Source of the DNA: Aplysia californica
Lineage: Eukaryota
Direction: 5' to 3'
DNA: 62,862 nt
NCBI RefSeq assembly: GCF_000002075.1
Contig: NW_004797298.1
Span: 1,864,257-1,927,118 of the forward strand
Positions within the stretch are counted from its first letter, which is position 1. Every line of letters begins with the position of its first letter. Shown here piece by piece: positions 47,558 through 59,872 of the stretch. The notes beneath the pieces are model-generated. The model made no database searches. It was given only the letters and a program-made list of their open reading frames with translations, and was not told the origin of the DNA. The translations under genes and the position numbers were made by a program.

Positions 47558-48285
47558 GGAAGTGTCTACGTACTCCCCGATTGGGGTCTACGTAGTCACT
47601 GTGTCTAGGTGGACCCCAAAAATGTTGGATTGTGATTGGCTCGCTGAGCGAGCGGTAGTTTACATTGGTTACAATGCAGGCCACTGATCGTCTCGGGCAG
47701 TGTGTCGATCTTGTGTTACTATAATTTATTTATTTTAGCCCAGAGAGAGAGAGTATTTAATGAATAAACGTATCTAGATCTAGAATCTAGATTTAGATTT
47801 TGTCGTGCACCCAGCCAAGAGTGTGCAGTTCGGAAAGTAGATGATCTAAATCTAGTGGTGGCCTGGTGGGCGAATGACCGAAGAGCGACTCTCGACTACT
47901 CGCCTGTGAATTGGTGGAGGCACACTGGGCCTATCAATATCATGCAACTTGATTCACAGGTCTACAATCATAATTATCAACAGTAGGCCTACTTGCTTCT
48001 GTAGGCCCGGAGTCTACTAGTTTCAGACGGTTTCTTTTTCGGTGCACGGTTTGTTTACATGACTATGACGGCCATTGTGGGAGTGAATCTAGATCTAGAT
48101 CTAGATCTAGATTTCTAGATCTAAATCTAAATCTAGAATCTAGACTAGATATCTAGATCTAGATTCTAGGTCTAGATCTCGATCTCGCTCGATCTAGAAT
48201 CTAAATCTAGACCGAACTGCACACTCTTGGCTGGGTGCACAACAAAATCTAGATCTAGATTCTAGATCTAGATACGTTTATTCAT

Positions 48286-48344
<59 letters not shown>

Positions 48345-48560
48345 CTAAAATAAATTAATTATAGATATCTAGATCTAGTAACACAAGATAAATCCAATCA
48401 CTATCCGAGATGATCAGTAAGTAGGCCTAGTAGCCTTGCATTGTAACCAATGCAAACTACCGCTCGCTCAGGGAGCCAATCACAGTCCAACATAATATTT
48501 GGGGTCCATCTAGACACCATGAAAACGTAGACCCCAATCAGGGAGTACGTAGACACTTCC
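47558..48560. mobile_element. Foldback element with long TIRs, MULE-like
   Basis: 9-bp TSD ttaccgata (47549-47557, 48561-48569); termini GGAAGTGTCTACG..CGTAGACACTTCC; arms ~47558-47833 and ~48212-48560. Confidence 0.88.
48088..48210. repeat. (TCTAGA)n-type palindromic microsatellite
   Basis: Direct reading; lies in the spacer of the foldback element. Confidence 0.85.
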
Positions 48561-49740
48561 TTACCGATAAGCGATTGCGCTGCGCGTTTATACGATCGTA
48601 AGATTGCGCTGTGTGTTTTAACGATGGTATAATTGCGCGGCAATCTGAAGATTGGGTTAATATTTTATATGTAGTTTTGAAATTTAAAAAAAAAACAACC
48701 TTATATATGTACTTTTGAAATAAAATTTTTTAAATACCCTTTGAGGGTGGTTGGCGGGTGCTCTGGTGTGGCTTGCTGCTTGTTCTTTCCTATCAAACAT
48801 CTATCGTCCTTTTCTCCCCTCCTTCTTTTTTGTGTATGTTACTCTCTTGTAACACCTCTAATCTTCTGGCGCTCATATGACCTTATGCAGTTGCGTAACC
48901 TTTTTAAAAAATACCTTTCCATCTTTATTCTTTTACTCACATCAAGGAATATTCACATAGGTTTTCAAAAGTGTAAAAATATGAAAATTAAAACTAACAT
49001 ATAAAACTGAAGAGCTCACAAGAATGATACAATGCCAGGTATTCAACTCAAAGTTCACAAAGTACATAAAAGAATAAATAAAGATGGATGTTATTATTTT
49101 TTTTTATTAAAAAAATATGAAATAAGTCTTCAGATTGATGCACAATTATACCATCGTTAAAACGAGCAGCGCTATCTTACGATGGCTACGCATTTATACG
49201 ATCGTAAAAACGCGCAGCGCAGATAGGTAAATTGCGCGGAACATACTAGGCCTTTACCGTACGGATTAAATTTCTTAGCCACCTTTATGTACTTGAATAA
49301 GACACCGTTATATTGGGTTATTTATTGGCATCTTTTTGTGACCCTTCCAGAGATCCCTGCACTTTACCCCCCCCCCCCCCCCCCCCCCCCACATACACAC
49401 ACACATACACACGTTGTTTCTCTTTCCTCTGTTTATGTGTACAAACTAATTGCCGTACGTTGTGTCACATGGCATCAACTAGTCGTCTAGTACTGTACCC
49501 CAAATAATGCGCTTTGCTTTTTTATGGGAACTATAAAGGCCTATTACTAGTTTTTATACAGTATAAAAGAACTTCACTTCGGTTCCGTTCTACCACAAAA
49601 CAGCAATGAAAATGTGCAAATCTTATCTTTAGGCCTTTTTTTATTTTCTTTTTTATCTGTTTTTAAAAAAATTATCTTTTAAAAAAGAGTCCTTGAAAGC
49701 TCTAATGACTTAGTTAAAATCTCGATATCTCCAACCCATC

Positions 49741-50624
49741 NNNNNNNNNNNNNNNNNNNNNNNNNNNNNNNNNNNNNNNNNNNNNNNNNNNNNNNNNNNN
49801 NNNNNNNNNNNNNNNNNNNNNNNNNNNNNNNNNNNNNNNNNNNNNNNNNNNNNNNNNNNNNNNNNNNNNNNNNNNNNNNNNNNNNNNNNNNNNNNNNNNN
49901 NNNNNNNNNNNNNNNNNNNNNNNNNNNNNNNNNNNNNNNNNNNNNNNNNNNNNNNNNNNNNNNNNNNNNNNNNNNNNNNNNNNNNNNNNNNNNNNNNNNN
50001 NNNNNNNNNNNNNNNNNNNNNNNNNNNNNNNNNNNNNNNNNNNNNNNNNNNNNNNNNNNNNNNNNNNNNNNNNNNNNNNNNNNNNNNNNNNNNNNNNNNN
50101 NNNNNNNNNNNNNNNNNNNNNNNNNNNNNNNNNNNNNNNNNNNNNNNNNNNNNNNNNNNNNNNNNNNNNNNNNNNNNNNNNNNNNNNNNNNNNNNNNNNN
50201 NNNNNNNNNNNNNNNNNNNNNNNNNNNNNNNNNNNNNNNNNNNNNNNNNNNNNNNNNNNNNNNNNNNNNNNNNNNNNNNNNNNNNNNNNNNNNNNNNNNN
50301 NNNNNNNNNNNNNNNNNNNNNNNNNNNNNNNNNNNNNNNNNNNNNNNNNNNNNNNNNNNNNNNNNNNNNNNNNNNNNNNNNNNNNNNNNNNNNNNNNNNN
50401 NNNNNNNNNNNNNNNNNNNNNNNNNNNNNNNNNNNNNNNNNNNNNNNNNNNNNNNNNNNNNNNNNNNNNNNNNNNNNNNNNNNNNNNNNNNNNNNNNNNN
50501 NNNNNNNNNNNNNNNNNNNNNNNNNNNNNNNNNNNNNNNNNNNNNNNNNNNNNNNNNNNNNNNNNNNNNNNNNNNNNNNNNNNNNNNNNNNNNNNNNNNN
50601 NNNNNNNNNNNNNNNNNNNNNNNN
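49741..50624. other. Assembly gap. Others: 726-891, 2457-2731, 14635-14733, 36186-36358, 39081-39293, 60557-60745
   Basis: Runs of N, several next to (CT)n microsatellites. Confidence 0.99.
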
Positions 50625-50907
50625 CCCATTTTGTTTGTTCGAAAATGCACCTCGGCCTAGCCCGTGACGTCAGGAACACGGGAAATGTCAACCACAGACC
50701 GCCGTCTGACGCGCCGACGGAGGCTGGGGCCCGAAAATATCAAGCACCGCTTGATATCAGGGATCGGCCCTGAGGGAAGTAAATTTTGTCCCTCGTCCCT
50801 AGAGTTCTTCCTCCAACACCTACGTTCATCCCCTAGGACATGGCGTTGGACCTCTAGGGACAGAACCTAGCGTCCGATCGCAGCGTCTAAATCGCCATTA
50901 GGAAGGA

Positions 50908-51157
50908 CCGGGGAGTAGCAGTAGAAAGGCTGCAGAAAGAGTCCAGAGCCCAGAGGTGGGGGCAAAGGGGGATGGGGATAGGGATGGCGGCAGAAGGTGG
51001 AAACGACAGCAGACGACAGAACTTAGAGAGCAGGAAAGGAAGAAGCGCGCAGAATTTTTTTAGACCAAAATTTTCCGTCGCAGTCAGGTTTCGAATCCGG
51101 TACCTATATATTGAATAAACAGTGAACAACGTAACCTCTAGACCCCACCGAGCTCCC
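50908..51157 (-). mobile_element. Diverged family A-related SINE, 5' half only
   Basis: Degenerate tRNA head and shared pyrimidine-rich body (ctctgggctc..ctctttctgcagcctttctactgctactcc). Confidence 0.75.
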
Positions 51158-52263
51158 TATCTTATCTTATCTTAAGCGACTACATGTTCCGGAAACAAAG
51201 CACCGTACCGTGCCGGCAAAATGGCTTCTATGAACTTTTAATGTTTCCTAGGTTACCCAAGGAGTGTATACATACACGTATGTATTTTCGCCCATATGGA
51301 CGTAAGGGCGAAAACATAGAGAATGCCGATTACTTACTTACTTGTCTTATTTTTCCACTGTGTTGGGGTCACTGCAGTCGGAACATGTCCATCTCTGCTC
51401 TCCCCCCCCTCCTCTCTTCAGGATCCACCCCAGAGTCTGTCTGCTTATAGTCTCCATCATAATCTGGTTGGAGATCCGTCGGACTGGTTCGCACAGATGG
51501 CTGTGTTTCCCCTCTCCTCTTTGGGTCCCCTTCTCCTTCAATCTACCTAGAGTGTGGGAACCGCTATCCGCCCTATTCTTCCTCAAAATTTCCCTTACAG
51601 TGGTTAGGACGGTTAGAGCGCCGATTTCGGAGACTGACTCAGTAAGCGCCGATATGAATACAAATTCCCTTATGATTTCCAACTTGCCCCACAGAGAGCT
51701 GACGGACTGCATGCGGTTAAGCTCGGATCGGCGATGTCGGCTTTATCGGAATCCAAACTACATTCTTATTAGCCTACGCCGAAAAACTGGGAAGGGCATC
51801 TCGCTGTCAACTCGCGACCTCAGTGCTTTCTTGTCGTATCTCCATTTTTTAACTGTGAAAATGAAACTTCTTCTTTAGCTCACTCTTTGTTGTGAACTGC
51901 TTTCACTGTTATTAAAAATGGAGATGTGACAAGAAAGCACTGAGGTTGCGAACTCTCAATGCCGTCGCCGGTCTCGCCGTCGCCAACTCGGGTTCAGCGG
52001 TTTGCGTGACGTCACCCGACTGGACAGTGGTCAATTTTAAATGGCTATTTCAGAGCTGGTGCTTCACGGTAGACCCAAAACTATTTACATTTTTTTAAAT
52101 CAGCGTCGTCAAATTAGGGTGGAACCCGAGCAGAATTACATTTTAAGCATGGCAATATTTTAAGAATTTCGAGGTTTTTTAAAAACCCCCAAATAGATCT
52201 AAATGCTTCATAAATACCAGCAGTGTTGTGGTGTAGGTTTTTTTTTCTTAGATCTAGATCTAG

Positions 52264-52799
52264 GTTTTTTAGTTTTAGTTTAGTTTTTGTAAAGTGTTTT
52301 ACGGCGCTCGCAACTGCATAGGTCATATGAGCGCGCGGGACACACCTAATATTTTCAGTTGGTAGGAAATTTGGAATTTTGCCCGGGTGGCGGCCGAAGC
52401 CTACTCTTATCGATTTTAGACCACCAAGGGATCTTTAACGTGCGCGACTTGCACACGGGCCCTCCTAGATTTTTCGCCCTTGTCCGAGAAGGCTAGGTGT
52501 AGATCTTTCCTACCAGAAGATCAGGGGTGTGGCAGAAAGACAGCAGTAAAGAGGAGCCAAGGAGTAGCAGTAGAAAGGCTGCAGAAAGAGTCAGGAGCCC
52601 AGAGGAGGGGGCAAAGGAGGTAAGGGGTGGGGGAAGAAAGAGGAGACGAAAGCAGACGACAGAATATTGCTAGAGAGCAGGAAAGGAGGTGAAAAGAGAC
52701 AATTTTAGAGAAGAAAATTTTTCTGTCGCTACCCGGATTCGAACCCGGGACCTTTGAATGAGAGGCCAACACCTTAACCTCTAGGCCACGAGAGCCCCC
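52264..52799 (-). mobile_element. Family A full-length SINE, minus strand
   Basis: Reverse-complement copy of 28793-29334; TSD-like atctaggtttt on both sides. Confidence 0.9.
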
Positions 52800-53329
52800 T
52801 ATCTAGGTTTTAGGCGCCCTCTGTGGCGTCAAGCAGACATCTACATGTACCGGTACTGGCACCTCTCCGCGTCGATATTCAGCCGTATAAGTTTTGGCGT
52901 TCTCTATGTTATCACCCTAACATGGGAAAGTGCAGATCTGCCTTTTTGAAGGGTCAGTGCGACGTGCTTAGCGATAATAATATGATCTTGTTTTCCTTTA
53001 ACCATGTTGTGTTCATCGCAGTTCAAGTAAGAACGTACGCAGGGGGCTAGGTCCACAAAGTGCCTTTAGTGTAAATCTATGGCCAGGCCTCCTCAAGCTT
53101 GATCTTTAGCATTTCTTTTCGCTAACTGCGGAAATGCATTATGGTTTTCTGATCAAGGGGTGCATTTCTTGAACCGGGGCGAAGGCTGACTGGTTTGACA
53201 GGGTAATCAAAGTCAGACAAAGAACCAGATAGAGAAATGGGACCACACACGAGAAGCTTTCCCACTATAGAAACATATTTTTGAACTAAATTTCTGATTC
53301 GAGACGGTACTACATGTACTGAGTAGTGA

Positions 53330-53385
53330 ATGACCTTATGCAGTTGCGAGCGCCGTAAAACCTCTACTAAAACTAAACTAAAAAC
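53330..53385 (+). mobile_element. Tail-only copy of the family A/D 3' end
   Basis: atgaccttatgcagttgcgagcgccgtaaaacctctac(taaaac)n. Confidence 0.75.
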
Positions 53386-54801
53386 CTTTAATTCGTATAA
53401 CTGTAAGTTTACTTGCTAAAATAATCGAGTTAATATCTCAATAAATAGGCTCTAATTATTCCCACTTTGAGCGTTACATAATTATAACTTTATAGTGGTC
53501 TCAGTTGAAGATTTTTTCAACTATAATTTTAACTAAAGATGTGAATACACCAAGGAGGTTACAGTTGCTTTAAGCTCCTTGGAATACACTTACATAATAA
53601 GGCGACAAAGCTGACATGTCTCTCATTCCGTGGCTACGAGCCGCTACCCTAGAATCATGCCATGACCTGATGATAGGGTGGTACAAAGTCGAGGGAAAAT
53701 ACCCCAAACAAGCACTCACAGCAGCCATGAGATTATTATGAGTCTGAGAACCCCCGTTATACCCATTCAAATTTATATCATGCCAGTCTTAACGTTAGTT
53801 TACATAATCAGTGGTTCTGGTTGCTTATGAGAAGTGCCCGAAAGGTGTGAACACTAGTGCATTTACGTGACAAACAGTTTCGAGTGTTGTGCACGCTGCT
53901 TGTTGGTCTGTTTAGATGATAAAAGGCCTGTGTCTCTGAGTGAATTTGACTTCAACTAAATTCTACGTTCCCAAATCAAGGAAGGGAAGCAGTGGTTATT
54001 TGATTATTTAGACACTTCGCCCCTGTACAACGTTACTGTTCTCGAAGTTTCTTGTTTTGAAAGACAAAAGATTGCAAGGGAAAGGCATAAAGTTATCTCC
54101 TTAGTGTAAATCTTTTGGGAAGGGTCAGATTTGGCGTCCAGGCTCCCGGGCCCCCTCCTACGCACCGACAACTTTGATAAAGTAATACTGGCCTAATCTC
54201 TTGATGCAAAGATACAATTTGTGTTAATGGCCACTGCTGGTAAATGATGTCGGCTATTTTGGGCTCGGCTGTAGGTTTAATCATTAGCCCCCTACTGGTG
54301 AATGAATATTAAGGAGAAGACAAACTGTTTTTATGGGGTAAAATATTCAGGTCCAAATTATGCTCTAAGTACATGTACCTGCTTAACACGACCTCTGTAC
54401 GTGGGCCTATTATTAAGATATACGGTTCTCCTGTTCCAAGGACAGGTGCAGGAGCGAAAATGACAAGGGTTGCCCGGATATGCGGCAAACTTAAATTTTA
54501 TTTGAATCAAATCCGTTCGCAACCACCCCCATCCCCTCCCCTAGCTTCTTCGATAAAATTGCGCGCGCATAGAAATGGTCCTGATCCTTGCTATTGTCAT
54601 TAAAAAGCAGTTATCTCCCCTATAACAATAGATGTCGCTAGGAAACATATAAAGAGATATCCGCTCCGGAATGACTATCCGTACAGTTGTGCGAACAACT
54701 GTGTCTGGTTATCCGTACAACATTTTACACACAATTGCTACACAGTTGTACGAATAATTGCTAGGCCTACAGTTATCCGTACAATACAATAGGCCCACAG
54801 G

Positions 54802-54835
54802 CACAGAATTCTACACTTAAGTGTAGAATTCTGTG
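54802..54835. mobile_element. 34-bp perfect palindrome with 8-bp TSD (P-element-type footprint or minimal MITE)
   Basis: cccacagg + CACAGAATTCTACACTT|AAGTGTAGAATTCTGTG + cccacagg. Confidence 0.75.
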
Positions 54836-57159
54836 CCCACAGGTCTACCCGTTCAGTGTTTCCAATTTTCCGCCAGCGGAAATTTTAAAATTTTCCGCAA
54901 GATCCAAGGCTTTCTCTGGGAAAGCCTAGGTCAGACCCCACCTGCCGATCCGATAATATATGTCCGCCGCCTCACTGATGGTGTCCCCCCATGTAAAAAA
55001 AAAAAATGTGAGTTACGCTGAAACCGTGTTGTAAAAATATTTAAGCTTAATCGATCTGTCTTATTTTGTTTATAGTTTTGATGGCAGCATGTCTGTTTTT
55101 GAAGAAGTAGATACATGTATATTCTACATTATTATACTTCGAGTGTGGGATCGAATTCCGGTCCCGGAAGTTTTTTTTTTTCTCTCTTCCCCCGACTGTA
55201 CAACCATTTTTTCCAATAATTGTCTGTTTTGACTTCAAAGATTTCTACACATGGTTTTGTGTAAAAACAAAGAAACATAAATATCATGGATCTAGATCTA
55301 CCTATATTTAAATAAAAGTATATAACTTTTCCTTTTAGGCCTACCAGTTTAGGCCTTGTTAAAGTTAAATATTAATGTTGATGCTCAACTTAAGGGAGAA
55401 CTTTCTGAACGACTAGATCTAGGCTAGGCGTAATTCCAACAACCTCCAAAATTCGAATATTGTAGGAATAACTCTGTCTGGTTATTGGTAGAACTGTACT
55501 AATATCTAGTTGGAGTTGTACGCACTAATGTACTAATAACCCCAGCCTTCCGCTCCTTATAGCTGTAGAAAACAAAATAGTCCTTGAGTTTTGTCTCTAC
55601 CATCAAAATGTACAATAGTAAGTGACATTTCTATCTTTTTTAAATTTATTTGGCAAAACCTGCAATAAAATTAGATCACCAGAGCTGGTTGTATAAATTT
55701 TACTTAATATTTGTTAAGCGCTGACGCGAATTGTAACTAAAAATGGCCGACCAGCTGCTACAGGAAAATATTGGACACTTGTGAACAAGGAAGAGTACTC
55801 CTGACCGTTTCTTGGATAATAGCTGATGAGGGAATAACAAGTCTGTGCAGTTCTGTGAGCATTATTTGTTTGTTCTGATGATTATAGAGTTATATTTTTC
55901 AGTGCGGATGGTTACATTTTAGTTTTTTGTTTTGATTGTTCACCCGCCACCCGAACTGACTGGGCTGGGCAGCTGGAAGTCGCGTCGAGTCATCATCATG
56001 TAAACAGTGCGGCGCTCTGGTCGTTGTTTACATCACTAGAATCTAGATCTAGAATCTAGATCTAGATGTAGTCTAGGGGTTGAAAGGCTCAAAATTGTGC
56101 TTTCTGCAGCGTTACAATATTACAGGTTTTCAGATAATGGTTCTCAAAACAATTTAGAATGACCTGTATTCGGAAAAATTGAAGATTAGCAGACCACCTG
56201 CCGGGAAAGTTAGATTATGCACTTTTTTTGGCACTAAAAAAAACTGTCGCAAACTAGGCTTCTCTAGTTTCTAGATTAGATCTATTATTTTAGTGACTTA
56301 AGCTGGGGGGTCAACCCCCGTGCACCCCCTATCTACACCCCCCGGTAAGATTGAAGAACACCGGACCAGCGGGTTGGGACTACTTTTGCCTTTAGTCCTA
56401 GTCTAGTCTCTAGATCTAGATCTATATTATATAGGCCTGCCTACTGAACTGTAGACTATAGTATAGATGTCTGAACATGATTTCCCCCAATTTTTAATAT
56501 CTCTCAATTGTCTCAATTAATCATCTCGGACAAGTTTGTCTGGGGGGAGACCCCCCTGAAATCCTCCCCCCCCCCCTGAAATCCTCTCCCCCCCCCCCCA
56601 TTCTCGCACAATAATATGAGTGGTCCGGTATTCTTCAATCCCCCCCCCCCCCCTTTCTACTTTCTACCAGAGATCTAGTGGTGGTCTGCTAATGTTCAAA
56701 GAGGCCCTTTATTCTGATAACCATGATGAGCTACTCTTTTTGGCGATTGTTAAGATTCTCGCATTTAATTCCAATGTGCGTTTTTCATAGCTCAGGCATG
56801 TTTCGCTTTGGACCCTCCTCACTGTAGGTATGATACACGGTAGGTCCACCAAAGTGAAATTCCCTACCCACCCTCAACCACCATCTCTCACTCACCTTGC
56901 CTTGCGCTCTGAGCAAAGTCGCACGCGGAACTACCTCTTTTCCGCATTTAGAGAACCATCATTAACTATGAGTGCGTAGTTAGTCATTGTAGGCGCGCGT
57001 AGTAATCATGAGCCTAGTCCAGCAAAGTACAATCCAGCCAAGTCATGAAGTAGATCTATAGAGATTTGGTAGGGGAAATCTTTTGTGATTTCGCAAAATT
57101 TCAGCGTTCAGACCGTGAAGAGGAAATCTTTTAACTTTTGTGATTTCGGGAAGTGACAA

Positions 57160-57221
<62 letters not shown>

Positions 57222-58226
57222 GGGTAGAGAACAGGGGAAGTGCTAGCAAATGTCACATGCCCCAGTTGACAGTAGGGAACAAGTGAAAGATAGAGTGGAA
57301 AGTAGGAGGGGGAGAAGATAGAGAAATAGAAGGGGAGCAATGCATAGAGGAGAGATGGAGAGAGACAGAGAAATAGAGAGGGTGACTGCTCGATTGAAAT
57401 TATAATGACAAATCATTGCTCTTTTCTTCAAATTGTCTTATTTGATTTTTCCAACTCCAGAACGGAGGAAAAACGATTGTTCAATCATCGAAAAGACTTC
57501 CGCAATCTTCATTTGTCTGGGCCTCGAAACTAGATCTATGATTTATGTCTGTCTGCTAGACCTAGGCCTTAGATCTAGAAGAACGTAGTTACCCTGAGAC
57601 AAGGGCGCTGAAACTTTCCGAAGGATTTCCCCAACCAGGTCTGTAGGCTATACTTCATCACAACTTCGTGACTTTGTTCCCAGTTACCGGGTCTGTATAC
57701 ACTCCCAAAACTAAAAATCTAGATCCAGATTTAAAAAAAAAAAAAATTAACTTAGACTTAGATCTAGACGTAGATCTAGTACGGTAGTCTGTCCTTCAAA
57801 CTCTTGCCTTGGCTGTTCTAGAAAAACTAGTGGGTACTTGAGATCTTATTTTAGTCTTGAATGTAATAGCATCATGCATCATTATCATGTCTGAATTATC
57901 ATGTATTGGAGCGGCCAGGAGGGGTTGTAGCCAGTCACTTTACTCACTGATTCAACTGGTTTTTAATGAATCTAACTCATTGAGCCCTCATCCCCCCTCC
58001 CCTCGTGCACCAGTGTGAGATACACCCCCATATGCTGAAGTGTGCATTGGGTAGGCTACTCAGAACTTCAAGTTAGAGTGTTGAGCTCAATAAAAGTTTA
58101 ATGTAAAGTTAGTCAAGCTCATCAGGTGTTCAGCAGGGCCCATGGGGCTTGGTTGATTCTTCACAGTCGAGTCTTGGAAGTAATAAAATAGCATTTATAC
58201 TGCGCATTTCCATTTTCTGAAGCCAT

Positions 58227-58460
58227 GCCGGCAGGGTGGCCTCGTCGTTGACGGTTCGAATCCGCACCACTGACCTAAAAAGATATTTTTAGGTCTGGAA
58301 TCCCGACAATGTGATACTGATACTCTTGAGCTTCTGATCACTTTGGTGACCCCAGCATCCATCCGCAGGTACTCACATGATGACGTGTGATGCGAACACT
58401 CGCGGGTTCACTAACCGGTCACGTTGGTGAGCCCCACAAGCTGAAATTCAGACTACGTTT
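58227..58460 (+). mobile_element. Possible second tRNA-derived SINE (degenerate)
   Basis: A-box-like GTGGCCTCGTCG and B box GGTTCGAATCC; body unrelated to family A; 3' boundary uncertain. Confidence 0.4.
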
Positions 58461-59479
58461 GATTTTGTTTTCTTTTTTTCCCAAGTGACAGTACAGTCAC
58501 AAATAGAATCTATTCTTGATTTATTTTCGTGGCAACACAGTGTTTATAATTCACAACCTGCATGTCACAAATGTTGCGTTATCAGACCGGGAAAACCGAT
58601 TTAGTAACTCAATCGGCGACCGGCTAAAATGAACTTACTGAACTTATCAGATTTTGTTTTCAAATATTTGAGAACTTTATGTATTTTCCCGGGTCTTTCC
58701 AGGGCAAATTACAGTTTTACTCAAATTCCCGGGGCATTCTGGGTCTTGCCGATTCTTTTAAAGTTCCCGGGGCCTGGTGGTCACCCTGTGAGGAGGTACA
58801 AGTGACAGGGTAGTTTCTTTAGACTGCGTTGAATCTGATGGAGTCAGTCTTGATTGATCTGTCTCATTGAAGTCGAGAACTATAAACTTGACTTTTTAAA
58901 TGTATTTTTTGTAATCTAAATTGCTGTTTTAAAATGGGTACTGTTAGCAACTGATCACAACAATGCCCCTTCTCCACGGGAGTTGACCATTTGCGGACGT
59001 CGCCAGTCGCAAGAAGTCTCTTTTATAATAAGGGAATGACTATGCGGCCACCACCTCCCTGAGTCTCCGTTTTTGTTTTCTTTATTTTTATGTTAAGACA
59101 TTTACACAATGATATTTATTCTTTACCCCAACACATGAACCTATTTTATTATTTATAATCGAATAAAAATTATAAGAAAGCTTTGTAATGACCATGGACA
59201 AGTGACCAGTCAAATTTTCACTTTGGGATATTTTGATCGACCAAATCCTTGAAACCACTGGGGCTCTCAAACTTTGCTGGCTATCAAGACCATCTTTGTT
59301 GTGCACATCATGCCTGTTCATCACGGGAGCTTGGTTTCCGTTTGGAAAATGAAACAAGACCGGCGTTATTTTTTACTTTTTATAAGGAAAGTGGCTGCAT
59401 AATTCGGCCGGCCGCAAATAGTGCCTTTACTCTATAGTGTATGTCATGTCATATGTGTAAACATTTCTATGAGAAAAAC

Positions 59480-59872
59480 AGTCTTGCAGTGTGGTTCGTT
59501 CCATACCTGGGGACCAAAGAACAAAAAGGAACGCTGGCCGTATGTTTTGTAATTTTGTTTTGGAGTTTTAAGAATTAGATTTTCAGAGGCTGATCTAAGG
59601 GTGGATGATATAATTCCAGGACCTGAATGTTTTAATTTTTCGGCCTTAAACTTAAAATTGGACAATTTTGTGAATAATTGTACTAAAGGTCCTGTACTGA
59701 TATTTTTAAAGATTGATGAAAAAAGGTGTGTCTTCTTTTACTCTTTTGGACCTTTCGGCTGCATTCGATGTACCATTGATCATGACATTTTACTTGAGAG
59801 ATTAAATACTACTTTTTGTATTAGGGTACTGTCCTGCAATGGTTTGAGTCATATTTTAAAGATCGAACACTA
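59480..59872. pseudogene. L2/CR1-group LINE ORF2 remnants in two orientations
   Basis: (-) TLRSAS..PKQNYKTYGQRSFLFFGPQVWN resembles the L2 ORF2 C-terminus; (+) LLDLSAAFD/TIDHDILLERL/GTVLQWFESYFKDRT resembles RT, with frameshifts. Confidence 0.8.

Larger units (their letters stand above)
47536..49243. mobile_element. Host TIR element containing the foldback and a family B copy
   Basis: tgttccgcgcaatttacc at 47536 is inverted at 49226-49243; 48577-48651 is inverted at ~49127-49220; superfamily unassigned. Confidence 0.75.

Noticed and set aside
49679-50691. Long ORFs of 323-325 aa, and other X-rich ORFs
   Set aside because: Artefacts of translating through N gaps.
51342-51878. 178-aa ORF and the overlapping minus-strand ORF
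   Set aside because: No recognisable domain or splice structure; the end runs into a MITE.
55823-55880. CTGATGA motifs as a hammerhead ribozyme core
   Set aside because: No correctly placed stem II + GAAA or flanking helices found here or at the other CTGATGA sites I checked.
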